Assembly (NCBI GenBank): GCA_002633005.1
Contig: NMRA01001070.1
Coordinates: forward strand, 1 to 44,686
From: Phoronis australis
Lineage: Eukaryota; Animalia; Phoronida
Direction: 5' to 3'
DNA length: 44,686 bases
Positions within the stretch are counted from its first letter, which is position 1, and every line of letters begins with the position of its first letter. Positions 13,741 through 25,046 of this stretch are shown here, piece after piece. The translations under genes and the position numbers were made by a program. The notes beneath the pieces are model-generated. The model was not told the DNA's origin, ran no database searches, and saw only the letters and a list, made by a program, of their open reading frames with translations.

Positions 13741-13808
13741 CATGGGCGGCGTAGCACTGAAAAAAGTGGGGGCTATAGCCCCCAGACCCCTATCGTGCGC
13801 CGCCCATG
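13741..13808. mobile_element. 68-bp hAT-like MITE
   Basis: 11-bp TIR CATGGGCGGCG...CGCCGCCCATG with a 5-bp TSD TATTA on both sides. Confidence 0.85.
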
Positions 13809-15268
13809 TATTACATTTTTCATTAAAAATTCGGAATGCAATGGCATTTACGAAAAACGCGATAACCTATTCCAAGTGTCTATCCGAAATGTCAAGGTTT
13901 TCTGATAGATAGAAAATGGGCAGCGCAACCATCTGTCAGGTAGCATTGAAATGTACTGTGAGTAGCTGATGACATTGGCTTAGGGCTTTCGACAACAGTT
14001 TAGACATAAACTTTTCTCTTCAGAAAGTGACGGTTAGTGATCCTGATACATATAGTGTAAGTTACCGTGGCTAAGATGTTTACGATATCCGCGTTTCTCG
14101 AGAAAAGGGATTGTAGAAATTAACAATAAAAGAGAGATTGTTATTTTGAACACCTGTTGCATATTTGTCACAGTCAACATTAGAGAACGAAAAAAAAACC
14201 CGAACAACTGGATTAAAGAGGCGGGATTTCATGATAAAAAGCGGAACATACATGTATTGTGCCCAACTAAAGCGTTAAGGTGAGATGTTCCCTGCAAAAC
14301 ACAAAAACGTACCGTTAGCGTTTTATCTTGTAGTACGCAGATGTACAACCCAAAAATGCCCGGTAGCAGTTTTTTTGTTGTTTTTTGTAGTTGCTGCATT
14401 TTTTCATTGAGTTGAATGGGAAATTACGGGTGATGCAAGAACCCATGAAACGTTCCGTTTTTTCATTTCAGCTGAGCTGGAAATATCAGTACGTAGCGTG
14501 TGAAATTACAGTAATGTATGACAACATGTCAATTTTGGTCGTGTAGTGGGATAATTAGATGTAGATGGTGTCAAGCGAGATGGCGGAAAAAATATGGGAC
14601 AGTCTGCCAAGAACTGGCCCGCAAATACAATGAACACCGTTAGCAACACGAAGTAACGGATTGGGTTCTTTTACAAGGTACACTTTGCATTTGTTGAAAT
14701 ATTATTTCACGGGTATACAGGTAAATGCTACAGTTAACAGTAAGCCTACTTCCCAGAAGTCTAATTAACAGAAAACGTCATAGGCTGAGCAACAGGTGAA
14801 CGTTGCACAATATAAGCATTATACTGTAACAGGAGTGCCCTGGACATGATTAAATGTATGTAAGTAAGATATATGGGCCTTCTAGTAGTCAAGCTGTGTA
14901 TTACGTATGGAATTTTCCTATGATTTTTGAGTCCTTTGGATATCGCCAAATATATGGTCAGAACCTAAGAGTTATGGGCCTTGCCCTTCAGATCGTGTCT
15001 GATTGGTTGAAATTGTGTACTTGAGCTTTGTCTCTGTCAGACACGAGGAGAACAGTCGCAGAGTTCAAGAAGTAAACATTTACACCTTCACTCACACCAA
15101 ATTGCAACTGTTTTTGTGCAGCTTTAGGGCTCCTCCCGAAGTTGGTTGCCAGTAGTTTAGCCCCAGCAATTCTCGGGCTCCTCCCGAGCTTGATTGCATC
15201 TCACCTTTCGGATCTGAATAACCAAATTGCCCTGTTTTTGCACACACAAATATTTATCAGCGACTGGC

Positions 15269-15443
15269 TTGCCGTGTATCACTGAGAACTGTACAAATCA
15301 CAACGCTGCGATACTAAATCATGGAACAACTGGATTGCTTGTAAGTGTGAAATACCGTATTTCACACTTACAAGTAATCCAGTTGTTCCATGATTTAGTA
15401 TCGCAGCGTTGTGATTTGTACAGTTCTCAGTGATACACGGCAA
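15269..15443. repeat. 175-bp near-perfect palindrome (87-bp arms, 1-nt spacer)
   Basis: ttgccgtgtatcactgagaac...gaaatac C gtatttc...gttctcagtgatacacggcaa; one mismatch seen (gattgctt vs aagtaatc). Confidence 0.97.
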
Positions 15444-16081
15444 AACTACAGTGTAGTTATAAATTCTTACAATAAACCTATGTATTATTTGAAGTATTAT
15501 CTGGCCGGTTAGAGGCGATAATGAAGACACCAGGTTTAGAACAGTAGGTTTATATTTGAAGACTAAGTACCGAGAGAACTACTTCATTCACAGCAATGTA
15601 TGACTACGCTACATAGTAATACGATACTACAACATTATTCACCAACTTTTAGTTTTCAATATCACCCTCAGTCCGCACCGGGCTCGTAAAATCGGGGCCG
15701 TTACAATACAAATAACTGAAAACAGTAACACACGCACCCACGCACACACACTCACAGACAACCACACCCACACAGAAAAGATATCAGAGGCTATTCCCGG
15801 CATCCACACAGGGCCACAGGTGCTTATAAGACCAGCGTAACTGTCGGGTTGGCTGACTAACTTTCGAGAAATCACTGATTGTATGGAACTGTACATCAGA
15901 AGAGTCTCGCTTTTGATGAACACACTATATTGCCAGATGAATAATAAAAATAAACTGAAAATGAAATGAGAAAGTAAGCTTTATTTGATAACTACAACTC
16001 TCGATCAAAACTCAGAATGTTTTTGGACAGAAGTTGTGTCCTTATCGGACAACAGGTGGCGCTATGATTAAATCCCATCTT

Positions 16082-16567
16082 GGGAAATTCCCAGGCTCTC
16101 AAATTAGATACTGAAAGTTATTGACCACAGAGCAAGATGTTTTCATGGGAGTTCAAGGTAATAGTTTCAAATGATTATAATATATCACATAGTCACGCGC
16201 GTATGTTTTGAAACTATAAACGTGGTCATCGACACCCGGAGACTCCGGAATACGTGCTCTTGTGAGGCTGGATAAAATGGCGACCCGCGTGTAGACCTCA
16301 ATTTGAGGGTGGCGGTTATTTGACTTTGGCTACTAACTGTTTTTGAGAATTTTTGATCTTACCCACGGTGGCCAAAAACTGTTGGTTTATTTCGCTCATC
16401 GCGTGTCATTGTTAAAGGTAATCACACAGTAATATGAGCTGCATAGATGTTTTTCAGTTATGTGTTTCCACTCTGACATCATCATATCATGTTGACGAGA
16501 TAAGGGAATTTCCCAACATCATGACATTGTGGAAAATTCCCCTGCGCCAAAGTTACCATTATAAATA
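16082..16567 (+). promoter_or_regulatory. Candidate NF-kB site cluster plus TATA box
   Basis: GGGAAATTCCC 16082-16092, GGGAATTTCCC 16504-16514, GGAAAATTCCCC 16531-16542, TATAAATA 16560-16567. Confidence 0.4.
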
Positions 16568-17524
16568 AAGCTGAGCTATGGATGGGGAGCCACAATTACA
16601 CTCAGCACTATAACACTTAATCACAATACCGACAAGACCGGCGTCACGGCTATCTGTGTACACAGCATCAATATACACATGTATTATAGACATTAAGGCG
16701 ATGATTCAAAAGGAATTGCCAGTTCGTTGCCCGTGAGGCCAATCTCGTAAAGTTGGCTTTCCACCAAGCGGCCGGGTTATTGCACGCGTCGATTATCTTG
16801 CGTTAACGAACTGCCATTGCTCTCCGACCCAAAATTCGCATATTGTTTTCATAGCTTTTACTTAGTAACAACACCAATGTGATGTGGCCGTAACTGATAA
16901 TCAAACGTTCGGTTGTTGGACAGAACCCACGTTTATGCTAATCCTAAAGAACTCCGCCATTTAATCGTTTTAGACAACATCCGTTATTAAGATATTTGCC
17001 TCGTATATTCCGTTTAGCCGGGTTCGTGTTCAGAAGCGCTGTCGTAACTTGTGTAAAGCATTTTGTCTGAGATCTGCATTCAGCTTATAATGACTTTCCC
17101 GGGTCATCGGAAGTCTTTCTGCTTTTCATGCTTGGCTGCTTAAAAACGTTATCAATGTCAAGGGATGTAATTGTTTTTAGTCGTCTATACATGTATAGTT
17201 CAATGGGTTGTGCCACTTATATAATGCATCAGAATAGCCCACCCCATGGCACCTTCTGCGTGACGGTAAGAGGGCTGTTCTTAGTTTACTGACTACTCGC
17301 AAGCTTTAGAGGGGTCCTTTGAAGTCAGTGTGAAGTTTCCTTCCAGTTCCCTTTAACGGAATAAATTGTTTACTACATGTATACGGCACAGGAAATTTTT
17401 TTTGCGAAGCCCTCATGTGATAGTAGATTTTGTGTTTCCCATTTCAGGTCGAAAAATTGGAATGAAATGCAACATTAGCATTCCAAACTAAATCCTGAAT
17501 CTTTCTGAAACTGGCAACCTAACA

Positions 17525-17594
17525 ATGCTGTTTGTGACGGTCGTAATCCGACTATTGTTTCTTCTTAAAACTGTGAAATCGGAAAAATCCCACG
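17525..17594 (+). CDS. Possible signal-peptide exon of an unidentified secreted protein
   Basis: Upstream donor GTAAGA at 17266 and acceptor tttcag at 17447; acaATG; MLFVTVVIRLLFLLKTVKSEKSH then phase-1 GTATAT. No downstream exon identified. Confidence 0.3.
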
Positions 17595-18371
17595 GTATAT
17601 ATCAAACTGGAAGTCCGACTGAACCAATTCCTGCACGGAATGTAACTGTATCTCAACTTCTTGAAGATTGTGACCGAAAAACATATATGTTACATTTAAT
17701 TTTCTGTATATACATGTAGGAATGGCCGGTTAATGTCTTATTATCGACACCCCAGCTATTAAAAGCTTTACGGTATACATGTACATTTGATTTCATCTGG
17801 CGTTATTTTTCTCGTTTATTCTCTGACAATTGCCCGATTTAGTGAACTAAAACAGATTTGCAATTTTCTAGCATACCGTACGCATATGGCAAAGACGCGA
17901 TGCGTCCCTGGTACAATGTCTCATAAGATGATGTCTACGCCCCTTCGGTCCAGTAATACCTGACATCCGCGCTAGTGGAGTGTACATGTACATGTACGTT
18001 GTGACTTTATGAACTTTTCTGCATCTTCAGTCACTTCAACTACTTATGGTCATGGACCCAAAGTAGAATTTTTGACAAAACAACAACAATTATACAGAAG
18101 CACGTTTACAGTAATGTCTTTACATGTATACATCGATGACCACTTGAAAACACTTAAACATAGATAATAACGCTTCTGTCCGGGGATTTTTAAAGTTGCC
18201 GACATTGGAAAATAATTTTTTGTCACATTATTCTTAGCAGACAGGTGCAAAACGATCGTCTTCGATGCAATTATTGTGGCAAGAGGCAAAAACGATCAGT
18301 GAAAGCAATATAAAAGATTTATGTCTACCGGTGTCTATAGTATGCCATCCTCTCCCATTCCAGTCGGAGAG

Positions 18372-18714
18372 TGTCACAGTGGGCGTCCATGTACTGTTGA
18401 GCAATGGCCGACATTTCGTCGAAGGTCTTCGGTTTCCGTTCCCTCAGGAATACGGACATCTCAGGATGGCATACTCCCAGAAACTGTTCTCGGATCAGTA
18501 AGTCTATGAGTACATCATAAGTCGCCTCGACCTCCGCCAGTTGTGTCCATCGGTCAAAGAACCTTTTTAGTCTTGCCCCGAATTGGAACACGTTTTCACC
18601 CTTTTCAGGCTTGGACTCTCTGAACTTTCGTCGGAACCCATCTTCGGTTAATTCATACCTGTGCAGCAGCGCCACCTTAAGTTGGTCATAGTTGTTAATT
18701 TGGTCAGACGGCAT
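18372..18714 (-). mobile_element. Ty3/Gypsy (Gmr1-like) gag fragment with SCAN-like capsid domain
   Basis: YDQLKVALLHRYELTEDGFRRKFR...FGARLKRFFDRW...DLLIREQFL...FLRERKPKTFDEMSAIAQQY; runs into the gap. Confidence 0.85.
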
Positions 18715-19502
18715 NNNNNNNNNNNNNNNNNNNNNNNNNNNNNNNNNNNNNNNNNNNNNNNNNNNNNNNNNNNNNNNNNNNNNNNNNNNNNNNNNNNNNN
18801 NNNNNNNNNNNNNNNNNNNNNNNNNNNNNNNNNNNNNNNNNNNNNNNNNNNNNNNNNNNNNNNNNNNNNNNNNNNNNNNNNNNNNNNNNNNNNNNNNNNN
18901 NNNNNNNNNNNNNNNNNNNNNNNNNNNNNNNNNNNNNNNNNNNNNNNNNNNNNNNNNNNNNNNNNNNNNNNNNNNNNNNNNNNNNNNNNNNNNNNNNNNN
19001 NNNNNNNNNNNNNNNNNNNNNNNNNNNNNNNNNNNNNNNNNNNNNNNNNNNNNNNNNNNNNNNNNNNNNNNNNNNNNNNNNNNNNNNNNNNNNNNNNNNN
19101 NNNNNNNNNNNNNNNNNNNNNNNNNNNNNNNNNNNNNNNNNNNNNNNNNNNNNNNNNNNNNNNNNNNNNNNNNNNNNNNNNNNNNNNNNNNNNNNNNNNN
19201 NNNNNNNNNNNNNNNNNNNNNNNNNNNNNNNNNNNNNNNNNNNNNNNNNNNNNNNNNNNNNNNNNNNNNNNNNNNNNNNNNNNNNNNNNNNNNNNNNNNN
19301 NNNNNNNNNNNNNNNNNNNNNNNNNNNNNNNNNNNNNNNNNNNNNNNNNNNNNNNNNNNNNNNNNNNNNNNNNNNNNNNNNNNNNNNNNNNNNNNNNNNN
19401 NNNNNNNNNNNNNNNNNNNNNNNNNNNNNNNNNNNNNNNNNNNNNNNNNNNNNNNNNNNNNNNNNNNNNNNNNNNNNNNNNNNNNNNNNNNNNNNNNNNN
19501 NN
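18715..19502. other. Assembly gap (788 N)
   Basis: Run of N. Confidence 1.
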
Positions 19503-20054
19503 ACTTGCAGGCAATTTCTTCTACCCGCGACTCTTCTTGCTGGTCACAGTCTCTGGCTGATGACGCAACACTTCAGGTAGTATCTCACTACCCACAATGC
19601 AAGTGACAAGCTCTTAGTTAACTTCCGGTTCGTTAACCCTTGCCCTTGCCAAGATCCTTTCGAGAATCTTCCACGAGATGGCTCTGTCGTACAACTGCTT
19701 CTGTACACTGTAGCAAGTCTTTATGCTTCTACTACTTTAGCGCATCTGATTATCTTCTTGATTCCAGCCCATAATATAACATTCTACTTATTTAGTGATT
19801 GGCTAATAAAAACCACATGGTCATATCCACTCATATTATTGGCTGTTACAATTTGTTCTCAGAATATTCTAGAATCTCTAGAGTACTTTGACCCCAGAAC
19901 CCAAAGTTGTAAACACCATCTAAAAATAGATTTTGACGTTAAAACACATGTCAACAAGTCTGACCCCATGATTTAAAAGTACATATGCACAAATTTTGGG
20001 CAACTTAAAATGGATCTATTCTTACTAATTACTTAATCAATATTTATTCTGACA
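19503..20054 (-). mobile_element. Possible 5' LTR of the Gypsy element
   Basis: Minus strand begins TGTCAG at 20054, upstream of gag; other end, PBS and TSD not visible. Confidence 0.3.
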
Positions 20055-20879
20055 GAAAGTATACGGCCTTGGCGGTCCATACACTATGGTCTATGGTTGA
20101 ACAAGATGTGGAACTAAAATTGTTTTTGGGTTGCAAAACACCATGTCGTATTCTCAGAAATTTAGGAGATCGTACCAGTTTTCACACGCAAAATAGGGAT
20201 TTTAAAATGAAGTTTACAGATTATGTGCAGACTACTCACTGTGTTTAATTGACTTGTATTTTGCACGGAGGGGCAATTACACTACTTTTGCATTGCGACT
20301 ACAATATTAGACAGTGACCGCAATCTCTAGCTGGCCTGACTAGAGACGAAAAAACTCCTATAGGCACTTTATACGGCGGAAGCTTTTCGAATAACTATGC
20401 GTTTGTAGTACACTGATAAAAACATCAGTCACCTTGCGCATCAATTAAAAGGGACGCCTTAGGAGGGCGTCGAACAAATACTCGCTTTATCAAACTCGCT
20501 CTACGAGCGGCCTAATTTGGTAAACAAGTACAAAATAATGCCTCAGCAAACCAGTAAAAAATGTCTGGTGTTGGTCTGTGTATGAATCAATTGTTGAGCT
20601 TTTGCTGAGGCCGGCAGCGTTGGGGGAACGAATGCAATGATAACTGCTTTTGAATGCTGTTGTGCAAATATCGATGATTCGACAGGTTTATTTTGACATG
20701 AACCAACGTTGATTAGAATTTACAGCAGAATCCTAAGTTGGATATCACCAAACCAACTCCTAAAAATTTTCATACAAGAAATTTGTGTATCGTGTCATTT
20801 GGAAAATTATGTGCTTCCCAGTTTATTGAGCAAGTCTATGGGCAGACATTTATGCAAAAACGAAGAACTCCTTTGACCA

Positions 20880-21075
20880 TTTCTGAAGAATTGAATTACA
20901 CTAAAGATGCTCTTGCAAAGTGCGGTTATCCACGTTGGTCGTTCTACAAAGCGGAAAGATCAGAGATGAGAAAAGTAAACGCTCAGACAACCACTACTGT
21001 GGGCTCTCCTACTCGGGTCGTGATTCCCTACGTCCAGAGTCTGTCTGACCGCCTCAAGAGGACATTTAAACAGGA
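20880..21075 (+). mobile_element. Penelope-like element fragment (RT thumb/linker)
   Basis: EELNYTKDALAKCGYPRWSF...VVIPYVQSLSDRLKRTFK fits the PLE GYP...(L/I)PYV motif pair. Confidence 0.75.
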
Positions 21076-21309
21076 TTGTCGAAAAACAATCGACGCAACT
21101 GGATTGAATTCACAACATTACAGGATAGATGGAACATAAACGATGGAACATCATGGAATTCACAAAATAGGATGGAATGAACAAAACAGCTTTGGGTTCA
21201 CGATATGGAACACACTAGTGTGGATTGAATTGATGTAGATGCATTGAATGCTAAGACAGGATTGAATAGTCGTACCACTGGCATTAAATGGAATTAAATA
21301 TGAGTGCGG

Positions 21310-22030
21310 ACTTTAAAATCAGCACATACGTAAAAAGGACTTTGTATTATTCGACGATTCGGTTTATTATCTCCAAACCATTGTAAAGACAAATGTTCAC
21401 AATACACTACGAAGGTCGACATAGAGTTTAAAGAATAATTGAAGCTGTTGCTCCATGTTTGCAACTGTTAACAATTTTTAAAGCCGTTAACAGACTTTGC
21501 CAATGTCTAGGCTCAAAACACCATGGAGTATTTCTCAAAGAAGTGATGTTGTGTACCAACAGACCTGTAATGAATGTGAACAGTTTTACATCGAAATAAC
21601 CAACAGGATTCTCAACATTAGAGTCACAGAACATTTTAAAGACACATGCAGTGCTGTTCTTGTCATTTATTGACCACTGGTGTTCAAAGTTTTGACAAGG
21701 ATAATGCCACCTTCAGGCTCCTCTTTAAGGAATCTTATTCATTAACATATGCAGGTGAATCACAGTGAATGCAATATGAATAGAAACATTAGATCATTCA
21801 ATGAAGTAAATATCTACCTCATTGGTTCACTTACATGTAAGCCCAACTGTTTTGAATTCAGGTATCTCCCCTCACAATGCATTTTGAAATGTACATCTGC
21901 AGACTGTTCTAGTGCTGTGTTACGTAACTAGAATATTGTGAACATTTGTCTTGAGAATGGTTTAGTGATTATAAACCGAAACTTCGATTAATACAATATC
22001 TGTTTAGATATGCGCTGCTTTTAAATCCCA
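21310..22030 (+). mobile_element. Penelope-like element relic: GIY-YIG endonuclease remnant between inverted pseudo-LTRs
   Basis: 21536-21634 reads QRSDVVYQQTCNECEQFYIEITNRILNIRVTEH, followed by LLFKES and MNRNIRS; ~21310-21412 is a diverged reverse complement of ~21923-22030. Confidence 0.85.
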
Positions 22031-23310
22031 TAATCATTTTTGGACAAAAACAAATAGAACCGAATATACTATTTGATGTTTTTTGCACAAAGGGCCGCCA
22101 GTAGGAACCTGTTGTTGGCTGGGAGAAATTTTAACCCATGACCGCGAGACAAAATGATGCCGTCTTCATCGTTCAGACATACATACATGTAGAATGCCTA
22201 CAGTAGGTCTATATCAAACAAGCTTTTTGAGATTTCATTTTGACCAATAATATCACACGGAAGTGGGTCACGTGCTGCTGTGGATCTTGCTACATTTGAC
22301 TGAAAGACAAAATCTCGAAGTCCACTCTATGGCAGATTTGAATAAAGTGAAACTTCAAATTCAATAGACTTTCTACGTTTAAATACTATTATTGGGTTGA
22401 AATCTTTAATTTGTACTGGGCGTTTGGATAAATACACAGACTAGTCTATAAGATCCTACATGATCTGAACAAGAACTGAGATTGGAAGTCCTCATGTTTT
22501 TCTAACACTTGTTTCTTATACTACTGGTGTTAACATTGTGACATTGGTGTGAAACGAGTAAAATAAATGTGCCCAAAGTCTCTTGAGTAGAGCAGACTCA
22601 ACTGTTTCCATGAAGGTTGTTTGACACAATTTGTCAAGAGTCCGTAATTAGCATCCATTGTTATAAAACATTGACCAATGATAACACATTTGAATACAAT
22701 TTTTATTTCAATTAATGTATTATTTGGTTAGAAATATGTTGATTTTATGTCGCCTTTTTAGTTTTGCGTTTGTTAATTGTTCACGACATCTGATTTCAAT
22801 ATCATGTCATACTAATTAATCCGCTAACCAAAGTATAGACATAGCGGTGAATTAATTTAAACATTAATTTTGAACTTATTTATAAAGGAAACTTCTAATC
22901 CCAGATTGCTGCCACCAACTAATCACATTCCGCAACTCAAAAACATTCGCCCTGCAGCATTGCAGTGGCACAAAATAAAAAAGAATCACATTTTTGAAGA
23001 CGTCATAATAATGTATTTATGCGATGTTATGTTGCTGAAAACAAAGTTCGTTACCTCCTCACTTTTTGTGCAAAGAGCCAAACCCTAACATGTTGATGAA
23101 CCAAAATCAAGACGAACACGTTTATTTATGCGGACGTAAGGGAATGTTAAACACCCATTGTAACATAAAAGTGTCATCCGTTTTCAAAGGAACTTCAGTC
23201 AATTCACACTTTGACACTGATGTGCATATTAGACACTGTATTACAGAAAAAATATCCCATCACCCCTTAAGTTTTTGCAAACATGTATTTGGCGAACATC
23301 CCGGTACAAA

Positions 23311-23331
23311 ATGAAAAAGTTAAAAAATCAG
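23311..23331 (+). CDS. Probable first coding exon of the ankyrin-repeat gene (MKKLKNQ)
   Basis: aaaATG context, CAG|GTAAAT donor, phase 0, 124-nt intron to the first ANK exon. Confidence 0.5.
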
Positions 23332-23455
23332 GTAAATGAGAAATTAAAATTTTGTTGATTACCCATAAAATACATACGTTGTTTAACGCTAACTTGATGT
23401 TATCCAACGAATATGTTTTCTTAAATAACGCCTACCTGTATCATCTGTTCCACAG

Positions 23456-23551
23456 GCGGAATTCCCACTTCATGATGCAGTGGAATTTGGCGGCGTAGAT
23501 GATCTGAAGGCGGAGCTTCGAAGAAATACCAACGTGAACGCACTGGATAAG
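23456..23551 (+). CDS. Ankyrin-repeat exon 1 (96 nt, phase 0-0)
   Basis: ttccacag|AEFPLHDAVEFGGVDDLKAELRRNTNVNALDK|gtacgg; not in the ORF track. Confidence 0.85.
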
Positions 23552-25046
23552 GTACGGCAGTCATTCAGTGACTGACTGGTTACAAAACTACTGAAGCAAT
23601 GATCTTTTTATTGAAACCTGCGTTAAACAAATTTCGTAATATATCTATGGAACTCTTTAGTTTGACAGAAATAATTTTGTCTATGTTAGGAGTAACGAGA
23701 TCATTAGTTCAAACTTTTTACCATGTAATTAATACACAATATTTAATCATAATATCACTTTCACGATCAGCTAACCTTAGCCATTGAACTTCAAATTATA
23801 TTGTAAAATAAGTTTCTTAACTGTTCATGTACACCATAACTTTGACCTCTTTCACAATTATTTAATTTACCCTTTTTCACAACTCCCAAAACATCGATAC
23901 CACGATGTTAGTACGAAGGTTCCTTGTGTGGTCTTGTGTTTTATAAACGCAACGCAGAATAGTTTCCCATAGTCTTTCTAGAATAAATTAAAAACTGGAC
24001 CCAAGACCGCATGTGACTGACAATCAAGACCATCACAACATCACAATTACACTATTATTTCTACAGCTTAGACCATGTGCTTTTTTGAATTGGTGTGTAC
24101 TTTATTTTCTTTGTTCCGGTAGGCACAACTTGTTCTGTACCCAGTACAAGCCAGAGATGGTTGTGGTGCAGATAATGAGGATTTGGAAAATTGTTTTGTT
24201 GTTCTACACTGACTAAAATAACAAGTAATGGCTAACATCACGACTGTGACTTTCGAAACAAATGTAGCCAACCACTCAGTAATATTATTTTTTATCCGTG
24301 AGTAGAGGGGGTTGTCGCTCGTGCCCTGTTAAGCGGGTCGTGGGGTGAGGGGTTCGAGTGGGTTTTGGAACAATCAAACCTGGTTTGGACGACAATTCTA
24401 AAAAATAGTCGCACAAGACTCTTCTAAATTAAGTGATTAAAAATAGAAAATGGCTACGATAATACCCATCTCTTTTACACAGTGATGTGTAGAGATAATG
24501 GCCAGATTCATACAAACCTTATGATGTTCACAAACGGCACCCAGCCTGGCAACATGGTAGCATGCTGACTTGGTAGATTTAATGCACCTGCTGTGAAACA
24601 TGCATATACCTTCTTTAACATTCTCATTCTGTAATTTGCAATCGTTCATTGCTTTGTTGTTTAACCTCAGTAGTACCCTAGAATATGAAATCAGGATTAA
24701 CGTATAAGCCTACAATGGGTTTCATGTTGTTATTTGGAGCTAAAGATGTTTTAGTTATATTTTATTGGTTGTTGGAGGCGATAATTTCTGGCTGACCATG
24801 AAATCAGTGAAATGACGTTTTCATCTGAAGGTAGCATGGTAGTGCAATTTGCATAATTTGTTTAAAGTGACATTATCAGCCTGAAAACTTAGTTAGTGTG
24901 ATTATACCCGTCAATGATTCCCGGGTTCGACTCCGTCCTCGGTTTCCCGCCAAATCGTTATCTCACTAGTGAGATAGCTTTATGTTACACGGTTGTATCT
25001 GCCATTTGAAGCTAATATTGTGGAGTCGAACCCGGGACCTTGGAAT

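Noticed and set aside
15227-15530. Near-identical ORFs on opposite strands
   Set aside because: Automatic consequence of the palindrome; no coding signal.
15452-15996. Solo LTR bounded by TGTAGTTAT...ATAACTACA
   Set aside because: A 9-bp TG..CA inverted end is present, but there is no TSD and no second copy in the window; unproven.
18170-18215. KVADIG resembling a kinase DFG motif
   Set aside because: Stop codon two codons later and no other kinase motifs nearby.
18648-19606. Three ~300-aa ORFs in the track
   Set aside because: They are poly-X read through the N gap.
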